Counted from the first letter of the whole stretch, positions 1 through 10,499 are shown. The stretch is 60,527 nt of DNA, filler included, from an uncultured Myxococcia bacterium (GCA_964617105.1; 33 parts of 33 records of this genome joined end to end with filler, not necessarily neighbours in it); one strand, 5' to 3'. Numbers and translations are program-made. Notes: generated by a model not told the origin, from the letters alone.

Positions 1-117
1 TTAAATAGTGATTATGTTAGTTAAAATATTCAATAGTTTCTATAATTATTATTTTAGCCACTAAATTAACTGGTCAGTCTATCTTGGCTAATGTTCTAAA
101 TCCTCAATTTTATTAAA

Positions 118-2006
118 GTGAGTAAGATGGCAAAGAAAATAGAAGAAAAAGAAAAAAAGTCTGGTAAAAAGAGTAATAAAAATGGCAAGGCTAAACCATT
201 AACCAAGCCCATTTGGAGTATCCTTACCAAACTGATAGGTTTGTTTTTAATTATTTTTATTATCCCGGTCGGTTTTCTTAGTTACCTGGGCTACCTTACT
301 CTGGATGGTCTTGCCATCATTAAAGCCGGTACCAAACAGACCGGTTTAAAAACCGATAGTTCCTACAAGAAAACCTTAGTCAACTCAGAGAACATCTCTA
401 AATTACAATCTCAGAAAGAGGCGTTTGCTCTGGCCGGACATTTGGAACTAATTCTAAAATCAAATCTTGAGGAGTTCGAAGATGATCCAGAAGAAGTCAG
501 CATGGATGACAGCATTCTGGAAATGATTAAAAGTACCAAAATTGGTAATGCCGGCTATATTTGTCTTATCCTTCCAAAAGATGGCATAATTGTGGTTCAC
601 CCTGACCTGGAGTACGGCGATGAGATTAAAGAAGAGTTGCCAAATCTGGGGAGAGTCATGATAGAGCAGGATTACCTGACCCTGCTGGCAGCACAGGCCC
701 GCACCGCAGAATTGAGGGAGCAGGGACTGGGTGGTGTCGGCCTTTCTAACAGACGAGCCGCAAAATCCCAAATAATCCATATTAAGGATGAAGAAACCGG
801 TGAAATAGAGAAAGAGTTTTGGATTTTAACTCCCCTGGAGGGAACCAAATTCACCATGGCGGCCAAGGCTTCCCTGGCAGGATTGGGTACTGCTTTGCTG
901 CAAGAGGTGTCTGGTGCTCTGGACGAAGTGAAAAAAAATGTAATCACGGTTGAGCAGAAATCTTCTATTATAGAAAAAAGTTACCGTTTGAATTTTACTA
1001 TCACTATTGTAGTGGGTATCTTCTTTTTAATAATAATTTTTATCTTTTTGAGAAAGGGTTTTATTAAACCCATCAGTCACCTGACCAGGACTGCCGAGAA
1101 GATTCGCGAAGGAGATCTCAAGGTAAGGACCAGGGTCAAAACCAAAGATGAGTTGCAGATTTTGGGTGAATCCTTCAACAGTATGCTGGATCGGATCGCC
1201 AAACAGATAGAAACCCTGGGACTAATTGAATCTTCCGGTAAAGATATCTCCTCCAACATGGAGTTGGAAGGGATGCTTCTATACAGTTTAGAGGCGGTTT
1301 GCGGGCTGGTAAAGGCGCAAAGCGGTATGATTTACTTAATCGACCAGGAATCCGGAATTTTTAATTTGCAGACCGTAAGCGCTAATATTGACAAGGCTAG
1401 CATTATCCCCTCTTTTGAAATGGGAGAGGGAATCGTTGAAAAAGTATTCGTTGATCGGAAAAGTGTCAATGTGGAAAATATCTACCAGAATTCCCTGCTC
1501 AACCAGGTGGATAAACAGATTTTTCATGGACAGCATTTGCTATGTGTGCCCCTGTGCGAGCAAGATACGGTTTCCGGGATAATCGGACTGCTCAGAGACG
1601 ATGGACAAGATCCCTTTGGTCAAGAGGATGTCTATATTGCCGATACTCTTTCAACCAGTGTGGCTATCCAGATTAAAAACATTGCCCTGCTGGCCGCAAC
1701 AGCGGACAAGGCCCGAATGGACCAGGAGTTGAAAACTGCCCAGGCAGTTCAGGCAGCCTTGATGCCCGCCGAGGATCCAGAGTTTGACAAATTGGATATT
1801 AGTGGTTTTTTCCAGTCAGCCTCAGAAACAGGTGGGGACTGGTACGGTTTTCTGATGGAAGATAAACTGCGCCATTTCTTAATTGGTGATGTTACTGGTC
1901 ACGGAACACCGGCTGCTCTGGTGACGGCCGCGGTTAAAGGGACCATCACCAATATCCAGGAAAATATGAATAACGGCTATATAAAGAATGTTGGCCCGGA
2001 AGAGAT
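118..2006 (+). CDS. Membrane sensor with HAMP, GAF and PP2C/SpoIIE phosphatase domains (3' partial)
   Basis: Two TM segments, HAMP (PISHLTRTAEKIREGDL...DELQILGESFNSM), GAF-like region, SpoIIE motifs GGDWY and IGDVTGHG. Confidence 0.9.
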
Positions 2007-2106
2007 NNNNNNNNNNNNNNNNNNNNNNNNNNNNNNNNNNNNNNNNNNNNTTAATTAATTAANNNNNNNNNNNNNNNNNNNNNNNNNNNNNNNNNNNNNN
2101 NNNNNN
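2007..2106. other. Artificial contig linker N44-TTAATTAATTAA-N44 (first of 32; the window is 33 concatenated contigs)
   Basis: The same 100-bp structure recurs every 1.6-2.1 kb, and ORFs are cut at each linker. Confidence 0.99.
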
Positions 2107-2233
2107 TGCAATTTAACTCTACACTGCAAAACTTTTTGCTGGGAGAGTGCGAAACTTGAGTTATTTATAGATGATTTGCCTTGGAGTTATAAGTGCTGTT
2201 TTTAGATCTGAACCAGCGGATGTTTTGATAAGG

Positions 2234-2803
2234 TTAAAATATCCACCAATATCCCACGTATAGGGATATGGCAATGTGGGCAATCAGCAGCTGCAGCATA
2301 AAAACCGCTAAAATAGAGTGGATAAGCCGCCAGGATCTGGTGAGCCTGCTCACCTTTTCCGGATGGCTCTCGGTCCACTCATAAAAAAAACGGCCCACTA
2401 TACCGGTGACTACCACAACAATCATGGCAAAGTAGGTGAGTTTGCTGAACAGATTGTTCATTTTAAAGGCGGCATGAAAAAGGATAAAAACCGGGGTTAA
2501 CAGGCCGATAACCGCATGGATATTAAGCCAATGGCTATTTTTGCCAAATACCTTTAAAAACAGAAATCTTTTGCGAAAAAAATAGAAAAAATTGAGCAGC
2601 ATAATCAAAGTAGCCACTATTCCCACGCCATGCCCCCACAAACCGCTGCTGCCAAAATAGTCTTTCAAATCCTGGGCCTGATGCTGACCCGATTCCGGTA
2701 AAAGATAATATTCTTGGCCGTATAAAAACAGTGAAATTGTGAGCACCACCCCTGCTAACAGCGGCAAATAAAAAAACAGACAACGTTCCCGGTGTTTCCA
2801 CAT
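2234..2803 (-). CDS. Polytopic membrane protein with His-containing helices (cytochrome b/ferric-reductase-like), downstream of the multiheme cytochrome
   Basis: Several hydrophobic helices with WLNIHAVIG, ILFHAAF, WRLIHS and IAHIA; starts 6 bp after the cytochrome stop. Confidence 0.6.
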   Translation of the reverse strand: MWKHRERCLFFYLPLLAGVVLTISLFLYGQEYYLLPESGQHQAQDLKDYFGSSGLWGHGVGIVATLIMLLNFFYFFRKRFLFLKVFGKNSHWLNIHAVIGLLTPVFILFHAAFKMNNLFSKLTYFAMIVVVVTGIVGRFFYEWTESHPEKVSRLTRSWRLIHSILAVFMLQLLIAHIAISLYVGYWWIF

Positions 2804-2809
2804 AGAGTA

Positions 2810-4096
2810 TTAATCCTTTTCCTTGGGTTCCCGCCCGTCCGGATGACAGTTTATACATCTGGAATTTGAACAGAAAAATCCCGGGGCCTTATCTTTATTG
2901 GGATGTTTGCTGCAGGCATGGCAATTGATGCAGTTCACCGAGTTGCTGTTGCAGGCGCCTAAGGCTTTTGGTACCCTCTTGTGGCAATCTATACACCTGA
3001 TATTACTATGATTACCCGATGTAATGGGAAAACAGGCTCCATGCTCATAATAGTTGCCCTGCTGCCAGGTTTCGGTGGAATGGCAACTCTCACATTGTTT
3101 GGTGAAATTCAGACTGGCATGGGGGATGCCCATCAGGCTGGTCTGGTTATAGTCCTTTAAATGGCAGGCCACACACCGGGTAGAAACTTTCCAGGAGGTT
3201 CTGGTGAGGGAACTCTGGTGGCAGGAGAGGCATGGTACTCCCAGGTGGGCGCCCTGAAGGGGAAAAAGGGTGCGGGAGTGCGCCTGAACCCCGTCCAGAT
3301 GGGTAAAAGAGTTCTGGTTGTGACAATTTTGGCAATCTGGTTGAGCAATTTGCGGGTGATTGCTCTGATGACATGAAGAGCACTTTTTGCCCGGCATTTG
3401 GCCTGGAGTTTTGTGACATTGGTAGCAGGCAACCCGGGTATGAGCGCCTAGCAGAGGAAAAGCGGTGTTCTGATGAGAAAATTTGGTCTGATGCCAGTTA
3501 CTTTGATTATGGCACTGAAGACAATCGGTGGTTTTATTAGCGGCAGCGGCATTGCCCACCAGATCACTGTTGGCTGGTTGTGCATTTACTTCAGCCTTTA
3601 AAACATACCCCCTAAAGGCTCCCCGGTGGGGGTCCTGGTGACAACCGGCGCAGTTAGTAGGGATATTTTTATAGAGAACCAGGCTCTTCGGGAGAGAAGT
3701 GAAGCCAGAGCCGGCCTTACCGGTTATCTCCCCCTTGTCAGCATCGGAGTCCAGGGGGTCTGATGCATCCAGGCCGGGAAAGATAGATGAAGTAGCCACC
3801 TTTATGTGACACTGGCTGCACTCCAAATCTCTGTGCTTGCCTTTAAGGTGATAGGAGGAATCTTTCTGGTGATCAAATCGAAGTTTTTTAAAATCCTCAA
3901 AAGTATGGCAGCGGCTGCAGTCCTGTTTATTGGGATACTGAAATTTATCCCCTTTGGCAGTCAATTTAAACTGGCCTAAATGAGGGTCTGCGTGACAGGA
4001 TCTGCAACTCATCTTAATTGGTGTATACAACCGGTTCAATTTGGTCTTAAACGGGGTGGTTATTTGCCGGAATCTCCACAGGGCCCGAAAATTGCG
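2810..4096 (-). CDS. Multiheme cytochrome c, at least 14 CxxCH (5' partial)
   Basis: 14 CxxCH motifs counted; repeated F.H..T.FPL.GAH units; frame open to the contig edge. Confidence 0.93.
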   Translation of the reverse strand, partial: RNFRALWRFRQITTPFKTKLNRLYTPIKMSCRSCHADPHLGQFKLTAKGDKFQYPNKQDCSRCHTFEDFKKLRFDHQKDSSYHLKGKHRDLECSQCHIKVATSSIFPGLDASDPLDSDADKGEITGKAGSGFTSLPKSLVLYKNIPTNCAGCHQDPHRGAFRGYVLKAEVNAQPANSDLVGNAAAANKTTDCLQCHNQSNWHQTKFSHQNTAFPLLGAHTRVACYQCHKTPGQMPGKKCSSCHQSNHPQIAQPDCQNCHNQNSFTHLDGVQAHSRTLFPLQGAHLGVPCLSCHQSSLTRTSWKVSTRCVACHLKDYNQTSLMGIPHASLNFTKQCESCHSTETWQQGNYYEHGACFPITSGNHSNIRCIDCHKRVPKALGACNSNSVNCINCHACSKHPNKDKAPGFFCSNSRCINCHPDGREPKEKD

Positions 4097-4197
4097 NNNN
4101 NNNNNNNNNNNNNNNNNNNNNNNNNNNNNNNNNNNNNNNNTTAATTAATTAANNNNNNNNNNNNNNNNNNNNNNNNNNNNNNNNNNNNNNNNNNNNG

Positions 4198-4314
4198 ACC
4201 CGCAACCTGCTTTTGACCTCCAAGGCTCTGGGCCACCGCCAGGTGAGCACCACCCAAATCTACACCCACCTCTTTGACTATGAACTCGAGGATGCTATCG
4301 AGGATTTGGCATAA
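4198..4314 (+). CDS. Tyrosine recombinase/integrase C-terminus (5' partial)
   Basis: Manual translation TRNLLLTSKALGHRQVSTTQIYTHLFDYELEDAIEDLA* contains the LGH...TT.IYTH catalytic motif. Confidence 0.88.
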   Translation, partial: TRNLLLTSKALGHRQVSTTQIYTHLFDYELEDAIEDLA

Positions 4315-4555
4315 GTATAGAAATAGAGAAAAAATAACTTGCGCAAGAACTATTAGCCCCAAAACCACACCAGGAAAATTCGTTACAGTAAAAACCCCCA
4401 CTGAACAAATCGCTCTTGAAAAAATATCCAATGCAAAAAGAAAGGGAGAAAAACTCCGACCCAATAAAAATGACGCTGGAATAAATATTTCTGAACCTGG
4501 CTCAATTTGTAGTTCCAGATTTTCCTGATTTTGAAAAAATCGACACCTTTTCTCA

Positions 4556-4812
4556 TGTACAAGCCGTACATAAAAAAAATCGATTTTGTACATGGGGTTT
4601 GTACATGGCTCGTACATGGTTTGTACATGATTTGTACATGGAGTTTTTTCAAAATGTGAATAAGTTTTTTCACGCCTGTTTTTATCTTCGAGATGAACCA
4701 TTTTACCGTCCAGATAATTTGGACCAATTTGACCAGAGGAGATAGTCTGAGCCCAAATTGACTGAGTTCTAAATGTCCAGTTTTTACCCACCATGTGTCC
4801 ACTTTTTACCCA
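4556..4812. repeat. Iteron-like arrays: seven GTACA cores (five consecutive GTACATG at 11-13 bp spacing) plus two TGTCCASTTTTTACCCA at 22-bp period
   Basis: GTACA at 4557, 4566, 4588, 4601, 4612, 4623, 4634; 17-mers at 4774 and 4796. Confidence 0.85.
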
Positions 4813-4865
4813 TCTGCCAAAATCTAAAACCATCTAACTTGCACCTAACTTATTGTTTTCACTTG

Positions 4866-4986
4866 CCATCTCGAGCATATCACAAAGGTCGAAGAAGGAG
4901 TATTCTGCGACCTTTATGAAAATTCGTCCTCCGTAATCACGCATAGTTACCTCCTGCCCCTCAACGACATCTGCGACCTTTTTTTT
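4866..4986 (-). repeat. 121-bp element with AAAGGTCGCAGA direct and inverted repeats, copy 1 (copy 2 at 33200-33320)
   Basis: Ungapped manual alignment with 33200-33320 gives about 105/121 identity. Confidence 0.9.
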
Positions 4987-5511
4987 CTATTCTGCCGCGT
5001 TTTTACCTTTTTCACTCTTCTCCACAGCCTTCTCAACTTGCCTGCTATTATATTCTTCTAAAAGATCGGTCGCCCACTCCGCTGGGGTGCTCACCTTGCT
5101 CTCTACTCCTTCCCGGCTGTCCCTGGTGGCTTTCAGGCACTTCAAGTTCTTCTGCAGTAGATGATCATGGGCAGCAGCCAATTCCAAGTTATTCTCCCGA
5201 CAGGCAGAAACCCACTTGGCAAAATAGACTGACGACATCAATGCCTGCATCCGGTCGGTGGACTCGTTTAAATCGAAATCATCATCTATTGCCTCCAGAG
5301 CACTGATCATCAGCGCCTGTTCTTCATCATCGGTTATATCCAGAGTGTCAGGCAATTCCTGCCACCATCTGAGCGTACCAATTCGATCAGGGTGTCGGCA
5401 CCGGTGGTGTTGCCAACAGAGGTCACTCTCCTTCACCGCTGGATTTGGACAGGGTTTACCCGAATAAGTCACCGCCAAACATCTTTTTGCTGTTTCACTA
5501 AACTTTGCCAT
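4987..5511 (-). CDS. Phage protein with N-terminal Cys/His zinc-finger-like motif; possible terminase small subunit
   Basis: RCLAVTYSGKPCPNPA...LCWQH resembles HGGxSTG/DUF5763-type N-termini; phage-like context. Confidence 0.5.
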   Translation of the reverse strand: MAKFSETAKRCLAVTYSGKPCPNPAVKESDLCWQHHRCRHPDRIGTLRWWQELPDTLDITDDEEQALMISALEAIDDDFDLNESTDRMQALMSSVYFAKWVSACRENNLELAAAHDHLLQKNLKCLKATRDSREGVESKVSTPAEWATDLLEEYNSRQVEKAVEKSEKGKNAAE

Positions 5512-5592
5512 CTTGTGTTCCTCCTGCGTAAGAAAAAAGTAACTGCCCGGGGCAAGAGTGGCTCGCCACCATCATTTGGCCTTCAATCTCCA

Positions 5593-5958
5593 CTATTTTT
5601 CCCCTATTGATATCTTCCCAGATTCGTTCCCGGATCCATCCCCAGCCCTCTTTCCAGACCCCTTCCCAGACTCACCATTATTCCCAGTCTCACTCCCACT
5701 GAACCGCTCTCTATATTGCCGTAAAACCTCAGCCACTCTCCGGTGAGAGAGGTGCACCTTATCCGCTATTTGGGCTATGCTAATCCCCTCTTTGTAGTGA
5801 AGAGCACCATAACTTCTCATTGTCTCTTCCCGCTTTGCAGAGGCTTTTGTGGGGATATATATCTGTCTACCCTCCAGGCCCTGGTCCTGCAATTCGCGAA
5901 TTTGCCTGGGGGAAAGATAGTCCTCTGCTTTGGCATAGTTGTTTCGGTTTGTAGCCAT
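5593..5958 (-). CDS. Mor/CD3324-like HTH transcription regulator
   Basis: YAKAEDYL...ELQ...GRQIYIP plus C-terminal HTH GISIAQIADKVHLSHRRVAEVL; GGAGG RBS. Confidence 0.7.
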   Translation of the reverse strand: MATNRNNYAKAEDYLSPRQIRELQDQGLEGRQIYIPTKASAKREETMRSYGALHYKEGISIAQIADKVHLSHRRVAEVLRQYRERFSGSETGNNGESGKGSGKRAGDGSGNESGKISIGEK

Positions 5959-6282
5959 GGTTTACCTCCCGTTGGTTGATCTGGTGGTAAAAATGATTTT
6001 TTTCCTGGGTAGCGTTTGCTTCAGGTTCTTGACTAACGCCAAATCATCCTCCCGGCTATCACCATTGGAAGTGTAGTTGGGGCACTCCTCCACCTGCCGG
6101 CTGAGCAGGGTATGCTCGAAGTAACTCTTATGAGTGCCACCAGGGGTTCTCCAATGACCACCAGCACAGCGGACCTTCCGGGNNNNNNNNNNNNNNNNNN
6201 NNNNNNNNNNNNNNNNNNNNNNNNNNTTAATTAATTAANNNNNNNNNNNNNNNNNNNNNNNNNNNNNNNNNNNNNNNNNNNN

Positions 6283-7125
6283 AATCTGCTAAAAGAGAAA
6301 AAGTTACTAGACCAGTTTTCCGTCTATGTCTGTGGTACTGTCCAGGAAGAGGACTGCGATGGCCTGGCCATGCAATATTTGATCGAGAATTCGATTCCCC
6401 GGCCAGATTATGTTGTATTAGGTGAGTGCACCAACCTGGATGTCTATCGCGGCCATCGGGGCAGGGTGGAACTAAAGATAACCACCAGCGGCAAATCATG
6501 CCACGCCTCTGCTCCTGAACGTGGAGAAAATGCAGTCTACAAAATGGCTCCTATTATAAAGGCAATAGAAGAGAGTAACGCCCATCTGGGTTATGATGAA
6601 TTCCTGGGGGCGGGAAGCGTAGCAGTAACCAAAATAGAGTGTCAGACCGGTTCGCTGAACACTGTCCCTGATGCCTGCGTTATCTACCTTGATCGCCGCC
6701 TCACTTTTGGCGAAACCGTAGATAAAGTGAGAGATCAGATCCAGGGGTTACCAGAGTTTAAAGAGGCAGGGGCGCATCTGGAGGTGCTGGTGTATGACCG
6801 CCCCAGTTATACCGGACTGGTAGTGGAGAGTGAAAAATATTTTCCATCCTGGGCTCTGGCCCCCGAACACCCGCTGGTTCAAGCTGCCTATCAAACTGCC
6901 AGGGAGGTAAAAGAGGAAGATGTTAAAATTGACAAGTGGGTATTCAGCACCAATGGCATCGCCTCCATGGGCAGGCTAAACATTCCCACTGTAGGTTACG
7001 GGCCATCGGAAGAACGGTTTGCCCACTCCATTGACGACCAGGTAAGTCACTATCACCTGGACAAGGCGATCCAGTTCTATAGTCTTTTTCCGGTCAAACT
7101 GCTAGTTCTGTCCAAAGGAATCTGA
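6283..7125 (+). CDS. M20 family metallohydrolase, YgeY-like (5' partial)
   Basis: GTVQEEDCDG, YRGHRGR, GKSCHASAPERGENA, W.FSTNG, GYGPSEE..AH. Confidence 0.85.
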   Translation, partial: NLLKEKKLLDQFSVYVCGTVQEEDCDGLAMQYLIENSIPRPDYVVLGECTNLDVYRGHRGRVELKITTSGKSCHASAPERGENAVYKMAPIIKAIEESNAHLGYDEFLGAGSVAVTKIECQTGSLNTVPDACVIYLDRRLTFGETVDKVRDQIQGLPEFKEAGAHLEVLVYDRPSYTGLVVESEKYFPSWALAPEHPLVQAAYQTAREVKEEDVKIDKWVFSTNGIASMGRLNIPTVGYGPSEERFAHSIDDQVSHYHLDKAIQFYSLFPVKLLVLSKGI

Positions 7126-7140
7126 CCAGATAACCTCTCT

Positions 7141-7452
7141 CTATTTATCCTTATCATTTGAGCAAATACAGCGAAAAATATTCTTTTGCTTAAGGCACTC
7201 ACAGGCTGTTTTTTTCTTCTTCTTTTTCAGGCTATATTTGTTGTACACCGGGGCTTTATCCAGGTCGGGCACACCTTCATTCAGATGTAGAACCACGGCA
7301 GGAGATAATTTCTCCTCTTTTTCCTTCTCTTTTTCCTTATCTTTTTTCTTCCGGTTGGTGGGCGGTTCCCTTTTCTTATCATCATATGATGTAGCCACAA
7401 CTGCAGCAGGATTTATCATTGGAGGTGGAGGCGGTGGTGGTGGCATTTTCAA
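7141..7452 (-). CDS. Small Pro/Lys-rich hypothetical protein
   Basis: AAGGAGA RBS before the TTG start; low complexity; no recognisable domain. Confidence 0.4.
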   Translation of the reverse strand: MKMPPPPPPPPMINPAAVVATSYDDKKREPPTNRKKKDKEKEKEKEEKLSPAVVLHLNEGVPDLDKAPVYNKYSLKKKKKKTACECLKQKNIFRCICSNDKDK

Positions 7453-7607
7453 TCTCCTTTTGAAATGATAACTATTTTTTGGCTTGCTTACTATTGCACA
7501 AAAATAATTAAGGGCCGTTATCTATTAAATCGACAAAATTTAGGTAATCTTGAATTGGGGAGTGGAGGGGGAAGGCTGGAATTTACATGTCGAAATGCTC
7601 AATTCAA

Positions 7608-7636
7608 TTGACATCAAGATCATTATGGCTTACAAT
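7608..7636 (+). promoter_or_regulatory. Sigma70-type promoter of the abrB-vapC pair
   Basis: TTGACA-17 bp-TACAAT. Confidence 0.75.
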
Positions 7637-7672
7637 AAAGTAAGATAAATAATAAAAGTAAGGAGAGCGCCT

Positions 7673-7924
7673 ATGGCACTTGCTACCTTAACTAAAAAAG
7701 GACAGGTAACAATACCCAAAATAATTCGCCAGTCTCTTGGATTACATCAGGGAGATAAAATTGAATTTATTATCCCTAAAAATAGTAAGACCGCTACAAT
7801 CAAACCGGTGACCAAAAGAGTGGATGAACTTTTTGGTAAGTTGCATAAACCTGGAAAAAAAACGGTTTCCGTTGAGAAGATGGATGCTATTGTAAAAGAT
7901 AAGATGAAAGATTTATTCAAGTGA
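7673..7924 (+). CDS. AbrB/MazE/SpoVT family antitoxin
   Basis: ATLTKKGQVTIPKIIRQSLGLHQGDKIEF. Confidence 0.9.
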   Translation: MALATLTKKGQVTIPKIIRQSLGLHQGDKIEFIIPKNSKTATIKPVTKRVDELFGKLHKPGKKTVSVEKMDAIVKDKMKDLFK

Positions 7925-8189
7925 TTGCTCTTGATACCAACATATTAATCCGCTTTCTTCTCCGGGATGATGAAAAGCAAGCCCAGGCAGTATATAGGAT
8001 ATTTCAAACGGCTGAAGAAAGGGGAGAGATACTGTTTGTACCACTGTTGGTAGTGTTGGAGACTTTATGGGTTATGGACTCGGTTTACCGGATTTCGAGG
8101 CGAGAAATACTGCTGATATTGGAAGATCTTTTGCTTTTGCCTATTTTAAAATTTGAACAACAACCAGTGATTCGTGAATTTCTCTCAAC
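7921..8189 (+). CDS. vapC: PIN-domain (VapC) toxin (3' partial)
   Basis: MIALDTNILIRFL...VVLETLWV; GTGA overlap with the antitoxin. Confidence 0.88.
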
Positions 8190-8468
8190 NNNNNNNNNNN
8201 NNNNNNNNNNNNNNNNNNNNNNNNNNNNNNNNNTTAATTAATTAANNNNNNNNNNNNNNNNNNNNNNNNNNNNNNNNNNNNNNNNNNNNTTTAACCTCAA
8301 GGGAGTACAAGGTGAAACCAGTTTGTATAAGTTGATGGTGATGTGAACTGGTGGTTGCCAAGCAAAAAATGCCATAATATATATTTACAAAAGTCCCATT
8401 AAATGCAATATTTATAAGTAATAATTACCAGGTGACAATTAGATTATTTTGCTAAATTCTTTCTAATC

Positions 8469-10176
8469 TTGGTTATAACCAAATCAATACAGATGGCGAC
8501 AGATTTTAAAGTGCTAAATTATTCAAACAAATTGCCATTATTGTCTATTTTATTCTGCCTTTGCATACTGGCTGGTTGCAGCCCAGACTATTCCGGCCGC
8601 AAATCACCCAAAGTCAAAGACGGGGTTTTGGACCTCACAGACTGGGATTTTGCCAAAGACGGCCCGGTAGAGTTGCGGGGAGATTGGAAATTTAAGTGGA
8701 TGGAGGACAAACTCGAGTTTGCCTCCCCAGATTTTGATGACTCTAAATGGGACACTATCAAAGTACCGGGAGCCTGGAACCAGAAGACCGGCACCGGCCA
8801 GGGGTATGGTTGGTATAGGTTAAAAGTGATCTTGCCGGAGCAGGGCGATTTATATAAAAGTTTAACTAAACATATTCCTGGTCAAAGGGGAAAAACTAAA
8901 ACACCTCTCTCATTATTTATCAATGATTTATCCACTTCTGCCATACTTTATCTTAATAACCAGAGTGAATTTTTGGTAGGTATACCTGGACAGGATGCTG
9001 ACTCTACTAAGCCTCAATTATTGCCGATTAAGGTTGATTTACCAATAAAAGATAAATTAGTTCAAATTATTATTAAGGTCGCAAATTTTCACCATATAAA
9101 AGGTGGATTATGGAGCCCTCCTAAATTGGCCCTGAAATTACAGATAGAAAAATCTTTATTGAGTCAAGATATCAAGGATTTTTTAGTATTGGGAATACTG
9201 TTAATTATGGCGTTATACCATTTTTTACTCTACCTAGGTCGAAGAGAAGAACCCGGCTATTTATGGTTTTGCTTGGCCTGTTTAGTAATATTTATCAGGT
9301 TATTTTGTACATCATCGGTTCTTGAACGACTTTGGCCCCATAATTATATCTCATATATACATTTAAAGTTGGAATATCTAACTATGCCGATGTCAGCCGT
9401 TCTATTTATCTTGTTTTTACGATGTTTATATAGAGAAGAGATGAGCGAGTTAATTTTCCGGATTATGGCTTTTACCGGCATACTTTTGGTGTTATTTGTC
9501 TTAATGACATCACCAATAATTTTTACCTCAAATTTATCAGTATTGCATGTTTATATTGCTTTTGTAAACCTCTGGTATTTTTATGTAATTATCAGGGCTG
9601 TCCAAAATAAGCGAGAAGGGGCTATATATGTTATTTTAGGATTTTTAGCTTTTTTCTTATCTATATTCAATGATATTCTTTACACTCAACAGATTATAGA
9701 TACGTTTTATATGGTTCATTATGGACTTGTTTTTTTCATCTTTTCCCAATCAGCAGTTCTCTCTATCCGTTTTGCTCATACCTTTCACCGGGCGGAAAAG
9801 TTAAACCTGGAGTTGGGCGAAGTTAATACCAGCCTGGAGCAGGCCAACCAGAAACTTGAAACCGCCTATCAGGAGATTGTAGAGAAAGAGAAGGCCCGCA
9901 CGCTGTTTTTTCACAACACCTCTCACGAACTGAGAACACCATTAAATGGAATAATCGGATTTTCCCAACTGCTTGGCAGCGGCCGGTACGGCCAATTGGG
10001 ACAGACGGCAATAACTCAGGTGGGCAAAATCAAGCATTTGGCCGATTCTCTCAAAAGGCAGGTCAACACTATTCTGGATTTGGCTAAATCCCGCAAAGGA
10101 GAATTGAGCCTGGAGATGGGGCGGATCGGTCTCCATGATTTGAAGAAACAAAATCAACTTTTGAGCGAAGGTTTAC
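8469..10176 (+). CDS. 7TM-DISM sensor histidine kinase (3' partial)
   Basis: GVLDLTDWDF..DGPVELRGDWKF extracellular domain, 7TM region, HisKA SHELRTPLNGIIGFS. Confidence 0.88.
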
Positions 10177-10470
10177 NNNNNNNNNNNNNNNNNNNNNNNN
10201 NNNNNNNNNNNNNNNNNNNNTTAATTAATTAANNNNNNNNNNNNNNNNNNNNNNNNNNNNNNNNNNNNNNNNNNNNAATCATGGCATAGTCTAACTACGT
10301 TGAAAAGATGGGGTTAATTGAGCGCTTACCCAAAATTTAACGTTAAGGTCGATAATATGAAAAAAAAAAAACTGTCAATAATTAAATGCTGTGAAGGTAA
10401 ATGTTATGAGATATGTGCCATTTTCGGCATGCAACTAATTAGAGCCAGGGTGCCCTGGTTTGCTTTTTCC

Positions 10471-10499
10471 TTGACAATATCGTTCCAGATAGTTATTAT
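10471..10499 (+). promoter_or_regulatory. Sigma70-type promoter
   Basis: TTGACA-17 bp-TATTAT, 62 bp upstream of ATG 10562. Confidence 0.6.

Noticed and set aside
460-1582. Short overlapping ORFs here and throughout the ORF track
   Set aside because: Shadows of longer motif-supported genes
4141-4833. 230-aa and 139-aa ORFs over the repeat region
   Set aside because: Repeat-derived, antisense to the integrase tail, and one runs into the linker
4849-4944. 31-aa ORF with GGAGGT RBS (MRDYGGRIF...) inside the 121-bp element
   Set aside because: The second copy has a weaker RBS, many nonsynonymous changes and an earlier stop; not fully excluded
10308-10330. GGGGTTAATTGAGCGCTTAC as an IS end related to 16097-16121
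   Set aside because: Only short, weak similarity and no transposase on the contig
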